DNA of 64,000 nucleotides, from the NCBI GenBank assembly GCA_010909165.1, contig VJWM01000259.1, positions 125,851 to 189,850 on the forward strand. The letters run 5' to 3'. Under the pieces are notes generated by a model. The model saw only the letters and a program-made list of their open reading frames with translations, ran no database searches and was not told the DNA's origin. Within the stretch, counting starts at the first letter, position 1, and each line of letters opens with the position of its first letter. The position numbers and the translations under genes are program-made. The DNA is from Anthoceros angustus (Eukaryota > Plantae > Anthocerotophyta). This document shows positions 40,327-54,403 of this stretch, piece after piece.

Positions 40327-43300
40327 TCTATCTATCTTGTTACATTCTTGGTTTGGTCACCAAGAATCCTTTCAACCTTCTTTGGGTTTAGAAAGTCTGC
40401 GTTCAAATCTCTTGTGGATTAATCATGCTGGTGTTCACAAATGTGTTGGACTCACTAAGGTTGGAAATTGGCTTGGTGTTCGTGGCAATCGAGTTTCTCC
40501 GCCTCATTCATTTGGGCTACACATCTGGTTTGATCCCCCCTTCTCGTGGTCATCAGGTGATTGCTTCCATTGTCCCCTCCATTCATGCTGAAATTCAATT
40601 GCACGATAGCGCGTCTTTGTTGTGGTGATGGATGGCACCCTCCCATCTCGGAGGTCCTCTCATTCAACGATTGGTGCAAGCTTGCCAATTCACTAACCGG
40701 GATGTGATGAAGGGATGAAGCTTCTTCAAACCATTGAGCGTAACTTGGAGCAATGTGTCGTCAATGACGTATGCACAAGCAAATTTGGGAGGAAAGAGTT
40801 CGGATTGCCAAGGCTCAAGGTTGCAACTGTCGGCATGAGCTGGCCCATGCTTCAGAGGGCTGTGGATTCAACCATCCTGGCTTCCCCACGCCAACATGAC
40901 GGAGGAGGACCGCACCTTCATGCAGAATATGTCGCCCAAGCACAAGCGATTACAGCAGGGTTTCCTCTCATGAGCGTGTCCCATTCCTCTTGTTGCACCT
41001 AGGGACATTGAGGGTGATTGTGCCATCTCCCACAAGATGTGGTGGCTCTAACCTCTCTTACTTGGCACCCTTCATCTGAAACTTTTCAAGTCCTTTGTAG
41101 GCTAAGTGATGAAGAAATGGCTTGTTGTGAAGGCCGTGGATGGAAATGTGGCTTGGGCTGGGTTTTTTGCGTAACAGCCCGGCGATCTTGCTTTGATGCT
41201 ACCAAATGCCGAACGATGAGATGATGTTGTGTAGGGTAAAAGGCTCTGGCGGTGGCCAGTGGGAAGGACCATGACAAAACATGGTGGAATTGGCTCAGGC
41301 CTTACATCAAATGCATCTGCCAAGATTTGTTGAACAGTGATGGTAGGGCTGCCTGCAATGGCAGTATCATCTGGTTTGACCAAGCCCTCTGGTTCATGGT
41401 ACAGCATTTGGATGAGTTCTTTCCTGGGCAGAGCCTCCGTGTTCAATGGCTTGCCTTCACAGCATTCCTGAATGCTGGCCAAAACCGTGATTGTGTGAAA
41501 GCCCACATTTCCTTCATGTATGTATGTGAAATGATGTTGGATGGTGCTGCTGCATTTGCCACTAACCCCACCCAAAGGCTCCTTGTTGCATTCCCTGGAT
41601 CAGCAAAACTCATGATAGAGAAAATGATCAAGCCTCCTTCCTTCACGGAAGAATGCGATCGCTTGATGAAACAGAGTTGAGGTCCAATCAAAAATCCTAT
41701 GCATAAAGCAAAGTCGATGGGGACAAGCACGAAAAGTCCTCACCGAGGCACCCGTGGCAATAGGCAAGGTGGCCCTATGATGCACAATAGGTTTTCTAAC
41801 AAATATGCTAGAGTAGCGGCCCCTACTATCGAAAGAAGACTCTCCTATGGCTCGACATTTCTAGCAACCTTAGCTCTCCGACCTCGACGACACCCGGCTC
41901 CTTCCAACACACATGGTGACTGGCACTCCGACGGTGCCTCTTCTACCTCTAAGCCTCCTAGTGGACTACGGGAATCAAACTCGTGATTTTTGTAAGTTCG
42001 ATGACCCTCTTTTCTTCGTTGTCCTGGCTAATTTTTCCTTGGTTGCCTTTTCCGTGTCATCCGATGATCTGGTCTTTGCGATCGCATGTTGCTTTTGACA
42101 TGGCTGAATGGCAATTAGTGAAGCATGCACCGATACCAATGCTGGTTTCGTTCACACACGTTGTCTTGTAATAGGATTGGAACATTTGCAAGTGAAAAGT
42201 TCTGACCAAGCTACTAACATGCTTGGTGATGCCTCCTTGATGCAGCTAGTCTTGGAAACTACCTTTGGATGGAGACATGTTGCCTCCTTGAGGCAAGAGG
42301 TGTACAAGCCTCGGAAAGTATTTGTGGATTTTCTTTTTGAACCTGGAGATAGTGTGCCCAGAGACACCTGCGTGTGCCCATCACAAAAGCGCTTCCAAGC
42401 TTTTGTGGATCCTTTGACCATGGATCCCAATGATGGGGTGGCTCATGTCCGCACTGCTGATTGTGCTCTGGTGAGGGACCATAACCTCCAAGCACAGCTT
42501 AGTATGGGACTGAACCAGATTCCCCTTGCCTCCCCCAACATTCCTGATGCTGTGGAGAGTGTTCTGGATTCTTTTGCACAACTTGTGGAAATTTTCTTGG
42601 CACATGGGTGCAATCTTTTGGATGAGCATGTTTTTTTGGCCCAAAATTGGCTGCGTTCACAGTGCTTCCAATCTTTGAGACAAGCCAAAAAACAAAGGCT
42701 TTGGTCCTATGGTAGGACTCATGTTCGAAAATTCATGCGCAAGGGATGAGCTCTCATGGCTCCTTAACCACCTCTATTGTTCGCCTTGATAAAGCCAACA
42801 CCACGGCTTTTCAATGCACCTTCTATGTCGAAATGTGCCTTGAAAAGACTTTGTGATCCGGACTTTTCACCCCTGGAAAATGGCACTTGGTTGCCTATCT
42901 CACATATCCCTGAGTAACATTCAATTCCACTGAAAGCATACTCCACGAGATTCCGGTGGACCAAGACTTTGGTCTCCCCTACCTCATGGGAATTTTTAAA
43001 CAGCATAAATTGAAGCACGTGGTTAACCAATGGACATGATTGTGTGTTCTCTATCTTGGCAGACCTACTCACATTTGCCACAAATCTTATTATTCCAATT
43101 TTAAGGGATTGGACCCTTGGGCTTCAAGAGGGCTATAAAACCTACTTGGAGTGGATACCTCAACGTTTTGGATCACGGAATCCGTGGTACAAGTGGCAAT
43201 CAATCTCCCGCTAAAATACATTCCATTTTAGTCGCGGATATTACGCGATGCTATGAGGCTATTCCACACAAGGGAAGACTCCTTTGAAGCCATGGCTTTT

Positions 43301-44185
43301 GTCTTAAAAGGCATACACTCATGTCAATGAACACGTGAGCAAAACTAAAACCTTATGGGTGAAATACTCATTTACCCAAGGCTTTTGTGATTACAAGTGG
43401 GTTTATGATACACCTAGTTGCACCAACTGGACCATGGATCCCTCTCCCATACGAGAGACTCCTAAGTCTCCACTTATGGCTTATGCAAAGCGCAATGTCC
43501 AGCTTGAAACCACGCTGGTTGCAAACCTCGGGCATCCCAATGGGCTTTTCATGCTCTCCACTTTGGTGCAACTTGTACTTCTTCTCCTATGAATGCCGCT
43601 TCATTCAACGCCTAGCACGACTAGGAAGAACTGATCTAATGGCCTTTGTTCAAAGAAGCTAGAAGATACATTGATGATATCTGGGCTCAAGCGCCACCTC
43701 GCTCACGATTCTTGGACCCTAATGCTAAGCGTGATCCCGACAATCCCTATTGGATCTACCCCTCCACATTGTTGAAATCCAACAAGAGGTGGATGAAACT
43801 TACCTAGCCGAGGGCATCACACTTGGAAAGTCGGCCCACTTTCTAAACATGCAAATTCATATTGAGGATCCCATCCTTGGAATTTATAAGACCTATAAGT
43901 TTGACAAACGAAGGGCTCTCCCATTCAAATATGCACAATACATCCACTTGAACTCTAATAGACCAATTACCAAGCATACAATGTAATTGTGTCTCAAGTG
44001 TTCCCTATCCTCTATGTATCTAGTGAGGCCTCACTAGCCTACATAGAACTCATGGAACTTATTAAAGCCTTCATCAACAATGGCTTTAGGAACACAAGCT
44101 TAAAACCATTGTTAAAAATGCTTAATGCTTGGAACCTTCCGGTCTTAAGTTCCCAATTGAGGATCTTGTTAGCATGTTCAATTAA
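40307..44185 (+). pseudogene. Penelope-like ORF copy 3 (~1290 codons, frameshifted)
   Basis: ATG at 40307; DTCVCPSQKRF at ~42363; ADITRCYEAIP; GIPMGFSCSPLWCNLY; YIDD; stop at 44183-44185. Confidence 0.88.
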
Positions 44186-44398
44186 TTTCCCACATAACTT
44201 CTCTCTATGGGATGGTTAGATAGATTTATGTATATGATGCTTCATGCATCATGTTTTCTGTTTTCTGTCATTTTATTACAATTATATTTCCTTTTGGCGA
44301 TGTGGTATACAAATAACCTTGGATCAAGGGCATTTGTATACCTCATTTACGATCCAAAAAGGAATATATTTGTAAATTCAACCACGGAGAGTGGAGGG

Positions 44399-44400
<2 letters not shown>

Positions 44401-44454
<54 letters not shown>

Positions 44455-44795
44455 ATCTATCATCTATCCTATCTTCTATCATCTGTCATCTATCTATCTA
44501 TCTATCCATCTATCTGTCTATCTATCATCTATCTAATCTATCTATCTATCTGTCTATCTATCTATCTATCTATCTGTCTATCTATCTGTCTATCTTCTAT
44601 CTATCTTCTATCTATATCTATCTATCTATCTGTCTATCTATATCTATCTATCTATATCTATCTTATCTATCTATCTATCTGTCATCTATCATCTATCTAT
44701 CTATCTATCTGTCTATCTATCTATCTATCTATCTAATCTATCTATCTATCATCTATCTGTATCTATCTATCTATCTATCTGTCTATCTATCTGTC

Positions 44796-44830
<35 letters not shown>

Positions 44831-44872
44831 ATCATCTATCTGTCTATCTATCTCTATCTATCTATCTGTCTA

Positions 44873-44903
<31 letters not shown>
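44401..44903. repeat. (TCTA)n/(GATA)n microsatellite, degenerate
   Basis: ~500 bp of TCTA with many TCTG, TCA and TATA interruptions. Confidence 0.97.
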
Positions 44904-48956
<4,053 letters not shown>

Positions 48957-48958
<2 letters not shown>

Positions 48959-51700
48959 GGTTGTATAGTGCATGTGTCTTTGATTTTGGCCGTAGCGGCG
49001 TCACCTTCAAGTCCAATAGGGTAGGACCTGCGGTGATCGCTTTTGTGTCATGGAGCAAGGCTCCCTATGAAGTCACTCCAGTCGATGGGTACACCTCAGG
49101 TAGCACGGGGGTAAGCTCCTCGGGCAGTGACCGAGCTTATCGGGGACCTTCAGCCGAGGTCGCCGAAATAAAAGTTGATTTGGAGTATTCATGCTTGCAC
49201 GTAGAGGATGTCGTAGAAGAGTCAGAAGATGAGGCACATAGAGAGGGAGTAGCCTTTTGGAGGGGTAAGGCCTATGATCGTGATTTTCCTGAGGAGGGAT
49301 CCGGAACCAGTACAGGTAGCAGTCCAGAAGGGACATACGTAGATCCCGATGTTGTAGAGGACTTAGAGTTAGAGCCCGGCAAGGTAGTCAAGGTTTCTAG
49401 GTATCTAGGACAGATAGAGAAAGAGGAATTTCGTAGCGTACTTAGGGAGTATGTCGATGTGTTTGCCTTCAGGATTACTGACATGAGAGGGATTTGAAGG
49501 CGGGATACATCAGATCGACTTGAAGGAGGCGCACTCGGTGAGGATCAAGCAATACAGGCTGAATCCCAAGTATTCCATGGTCGTTAAGGATCAGCTCGAC
49601 CAATATTTGGAGGCTAGGGTAATCTACCCAGTGCTCACTAGCGAGTGGGTCGCACCAATTGTGATTGTACCGAAGAAGCAGCAGGGAAAGGTTCGAGTAT
49701 GCCACGATTTCAGGAAGCTCAATGAAGCGACGAAGAAGGATCATCACCCTTTGCCTTTCATGGACAGTGTGCTGGACACGGTAGCCGGACATGAGATGTA
49801 CAGTTTCTTGGGCCGGGTATTGCAGGTACAATGTTTTGCGGAAGGAAGATCGAGGACAAGACAACATTCACAACGGATTGGGAACCTACGCTTATTCAAA
49901 GCTCCCTTTCGGGTTGTGCAATGCCCCTGCCACTTTCCAGCGTGTGGTGAACGCGATATTCCGAGATTTCTTGCGGAAGTTCATGGAGGTATTCCTGGAT
50001 GATTTTTGCGTGTTTGGGAGGAGAAAACTGCATCTAGACCATTTGAGACAATGTTTTCAGAAGTGCAGAGAATCGAACATGAAACTTCATCCGGGAAAGT
50101 GTTATTTTGGTATGACGGAGGGCATTTTGTTAGCACATCGAGTCTCTGTACGAGAATTACAGGTAGATAAGGAGAAAGTAGCAGTTATAGCTGAGATGGA
50201 CGCACCACAAACGGTGAGGCAGGTGCGTGCTTTTGTAGGGTTGGTAGGGTATTACAGGAGGTTCATCAAGGATTTCGCTAAGAAGGCAGCCTTGTTGACA
50301 CAGTTGACCAAGAAGGATACACCTTTCGAATGGACCGATGCAAGACAGGAGGCTTTTCAGCTGAAGGACAGCTTGGTGAGCGCACCAACGTTACAACCGC
50401 CGGATTGGGAGAAACCGTTTCACGTATCGTAGATGTATGCCTTATGCCATTGGGGGATATTAAGCGGAAGGGCGAGGAAAAGCAGGATCATCCGATTTTC
50501 TATGCCGGTGAGCGACTCACGGACCGAGAAGAATTATTCAACCACAAGCGGTGAGGCGGTGCGTGCTTTTGTAGGGTTGGTAGGGTATTACAGGAGGTTC
50601 ATCAAGTTTAGAAGGCAGCCTTGTTGACACAGTTGACCAAGAAGGATACCGTTCGAATGGACGATGCAAGGCAGGCTTTTCAGCGGCTAAAGGACAGCTT
50701 GGTGGCGCACCAGCGTTACAACGCGGATTGGGAGAAACCGTTCCACGTATCGTAGATGTATGCCTTATGCCATTGGGATGTATTAAGCGGAAGGGCGAGA
50801 AAGCAGGATCATCCGATTTTCTATGTCGGTGACGACTCACGGACCGAGAAGAATTATTCAACCACGGCGGGAGGGTCTTGGTATCATTTACTCCTGTAAG
50901 AAGTTTAGACACTATCTGCTTGCTTGCAAGGTGACGTTCCATGTTGACCATTTTGCGTTGAAGTATCTTGTCAACAAGCCAGATTTGTCAGAAAGGAGCA
51001 GGCTGCTCCTCTCAGCATAATGCACTCTTTGGACTTGAATTGTGGGATCCTGTTTGGCCATAGCCCAGTTTGAGAAGAGGGACCCATGCCACCTAGGGCT
51101 ACTAACGGGCGAACTGGCAGAAGGCGACGTAGTATGCCTGGAAGGAGGAGATTAGAACGTGAGGGGCGTTTATGCCCAAGATATCTGTTGAACAGTGAAG
51201 TACGCAAGTTCCTGGAGCATGGAATCATGCCCGATGGCTTATCCAGGGAGGGGCGGGCCGTTTTTCTCCACAAAGCCTCGCCCTATTGTCTAAAGGGAGA
51301 CGTTTTATACAAGCTAGGCCCGGACGAGAAGATTCGGAGGTGTCTTAAGGTTGAAGAGGCGGCACTCGTCACTGAGAAACTACATGCAGAGGAGGCTGGT
51401 GGTCGTTGCTTCCGCTTCCACCATCTTCGTGCAATAATTCGTAGCCACCAAAATGTATTGTTTCCTTGTCCATTGCGTCGGCGGTTTGATTGGCCCTACG
51501 AAATCAATTCCCCACTTTTCGAAGGGTGCTAACGGTAGTATGTAGGTGAGAGGCCATTGTGTCGACAATGTAGGCCGCCCAACCCTCGACACGCATCACA
51601 CCTCCGGTGAACTCCCACACATCCTTACGCATGAGCCACGAACCACCGCATTCAAGATCTTCTTAACGGTCACTGCAATACAAGAAGCAGCGGAGGCGGT
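48957..51700 (+). pseudogene. pol: Ty3/gypsy pol fragment: protease end, RT, RNase H, integrase N-terminal part
   Basis: WLYSACVFDFG; QYRLNPKYS..EWVAPIVIVPKK..DFRKLNEATKKDHHPLP; EVFLDDFCVFG; YSCKKFRHYLL..FHVDHFALKYLVNKP; KLHAEEAGG. Confidence 0.92.
51405..51680 (-). pseudogene. pol: Inverted integrase segment belonging to the adjacent + strand element
   Basis: Minus strand reads IAVTVKKILNA..RKDVWEFT..CDAC..FEKWGIDFVGPI..YILVATNYCTKMVEAEA. Confidence 0.85.
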
Positions 51701-51794
51701 GGCCACGATCGGCCTCTACAACACCCTTAGGCAAGAGACATGCACCACCATCTATGAGTGCAATCGCGTTCCTTCCACAATTTGTGAGTGCATC

Positions 51795-52010
51795 GTGCCC
51801 TTTGCATCTTCTAGCTCACCATATTTCATGATGTCCTCTTTCATGGGTCGTTCAAGTCAAAAACTTGGCGAGGCATTTTCCGATTCACCAAATTTTGCAT
51901 ACATGTCCACCGGTAGGTGCCCACCACTACATTCTCCAGGCCGAGCCCTTGCTGCACTCCATAAGGGCATTCCATGTCACCACATCACGACAAAGCAAGC
52001 AAGACTACAA
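51795..52010 (-). pseudogene. Degraded PLS-class pentatricopeptide-repeat (PPR) fragments
   Basis: Minus strand, across frameshifts: RDVVTWNALM; LENVVVGT..VDMYAKFGESENA..RQVFD; MKYGELEDAK. Confidence 0.7.
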
Positions 52011-53149
52011 AAATGAGGTCGGGGAATCACCACTAGTTGTCCATCATAGTGAAGACTAAACGAGGTTCTTTGAAATATGAAGGCGGTCATCCCCACTTGC
52101 CAATTAAGGCGATCCATCTAACGGGTCGTCGTTCAATAATCCATCATAGCACTATGATGGGAACCAAACAGAACATAGATTCTTGAACACGAAGTTATCC
52201 CCACTCGCCAAGACCACATCCATGGTGCTCCCATTCCACCTCCATAAGATGATCTAGGCGGCGTGGGGATGTTCCTCCTCCCGAAGACAAAGCATTCAAT
52301 TGGGCTTTGCAGCGGACCGTGTTTTCCAACACGGTCCGTTATAACAATCTGCGTGTAAAATGTTTGAGACGGCCGGATCGGGCCTCTCTCATGTTTTACA
52401 ACATCACGTACAACCTAATCTAATTTACAACACGATCAATTGCAAACCGCTTTTGTACATTGTAAAGCGTTTAGAGAGGCCAAGATAGGCCTCCCACGAA
52501 TTTACAACATAGTCTAATTTACAACACCCGTTGCAAAGCGCACTTGTATGTTGTAAAATGTATGACAAGGGGATCGAGCCTGCACGTTTACACCAAATTC
52601 TGGCGTAGTCTCATACACAAGGTCCATTGCAAAGCGATCTTGCACGTTGTATACTCGATCGGGTTTCGGTGCCATTGACAAATTCACATTGTAGCGTAGT
52701 GCCATTGACAAATTCACGAGCCACCGTGGCGATCGTAGAGAGACACAAGCCACGGTTCCCCAAGCTATACCACTTGCTTTCGGGCTCTCACATAAATCAT
52801 AGCAAGAGTTAGGAAGCGGCAGAAGGCGGGTGGCAACCGACCTCCACAACACCCTCGGGCAAGAGATGCACCACCTTCAAGCAAGAGACATGCACCACCT
52901 TGAGGCAAGAGACATCGTCCTCTTCATGTGTCATTTAGGCATCAAACAACTTCCACCAAAAATTGGACATACTTTCGAGCGTGATTTCTTGATGCAAGAA
53001 GCCATATGAACTAGCATCCATGAATACACTAAGGAGTACCTGGAGCCTCCTGTTGTCGACGAGGGACGGCAACATCAATTTCTTCTCTCAAACGATTCCT
53101 CCGTGAAGCGCGCAAATCTCTTGCAGTAGCGGGTGGGGGCGATCTCCCG

Positions 53150-53345
53150 TGTTCTTCTCCTCGAGACCGTCCCCTACCAGACATCTGCAAGCATCCTCAT
53201 ATCCTCCAACCCACAGTTGTTAAGAAGGAAGCAACCCACACCCTTTAGCGTCTCATCCGTTCACCCCTATGACAACTTAGACGGCGTGGAGCTCCTCCTT
53301 CACAACACATGGTCGACCCTCAGTCCCTTTGAAAAACATTCTACA
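53150..53345 (-). pseudogene. Possible gag start remnant downstream of the PBS
   Basis: Weak gag-like FKGTE..P..VKEE and DETLKGV..LL on the minus strand. Confidence 0.3.
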
Positions 53346-53388
53346 TTCTAGCGATGGAAATCACAGAACTCAAATTTTCAGCGACAAG

Positions 53389-53406
53389 TCCCCGGCAACG
53401 GCGCCA
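53389..53406 (-). promoter_or_regulatory. Primer-binding site of a minus-strand Ty3 element
   Basis: Reverse complement is TGGCGCCGTTGCCGGGGA, the PBS common in plant Athila/Tat-type elements, 4 nt from an LTR end. Confidence 0.88.
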
Positions 53407-53410
53407 AAAA

Positions 53411-54403
53411 TGTGGTAGGGAAAACCCCGGGGCTTCCGAGATCCTCCCACTCTAGCGGCCACACTTATCCCCACATCGCTTTTGTCGTTGGGTTTCGTCC
53501 CATGAGACTTGTGTGAAAGTTCGAGGTCTTGTGCGTCGCTACTGCGAGACACACTCTCGGCCTTCTAAACAAGCAAGGCGCCTCTACTCTCCCTCTTCAG
53601 CACCACTTGCTCGAAAAATCACCAATCCTCGACCTACAGCGACACAACACAATTGCGGTCACACCTTGTGAGGAGCCTATCACGGGCGCCGAGGACCCCC
53701 AGTCCACACACAATTTCGTCCCCTACTTCTAAGACCACTCTTCTCCACTCGGGGCGCTCTTTTACTTGCAGTTGGGATTCGTCCCTTAGGCTCTGCTGTG
53801 GCCTTCCACTAACACCTACACCTCTAATCCTCTACTCATCTTCTCATCCTCTTCCTCCTATTCTAACCTCGATTCGGGCTTCTTGGCTTGACTCGCCCTT
53901 ACAGCTGGCACTCGGCCTCCACCCAAGTTCTTCCTTGGGCGGTTGCTATGAGTTTGACACCAGGCGAGAACCTCCGAGTCTTTCCTGTAGTCTACCCTCA
54001 AGCCGAGTTCACAGGCATTGCCACACACCCAAAGCAAAGCAATTTCACAGCAACCATTCACAAGGGAGCAACTCGTTTAGGCACTTGCGTGAGCAAGTCC
54101 TCCACCAAGCACTCACCACGACTTCCTCTCTAGAATCGTTGGCTCACGGTGCGAAATTCCTTTAATGGCAAAGGACTCGATATGGGCGCAAGGCGTGATA
54201 CTTTACTTTGTGAAATCCTCCTCCTCTTATAGGAGGCCTTCCACATACAACCTCCCTTAGGTGACCCTCTGCGGTCACCTTTTCCAATTTTCTATTATTT
54301 CCTACGCCCATTTAATGCGGCACCTAAATCTATTATGCGATCCTTGGTAAATTCTATTCTAGTAACTTCACCTAAGATCATTCTTAAAGGATGTCAGCCT
54401 ACA
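53411..54403 (-). repeat. LTR (~1 kb) of a minus-strand Ty3 element
   Basis: Minus strand TGTAGG...CCACA; adjacent PBS; TATAA at ~54226; purine tract GGAGAATGGGAAAGATAAGTGG just upstream. The 54403 boundary is inferred. Confidence 0.6.
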
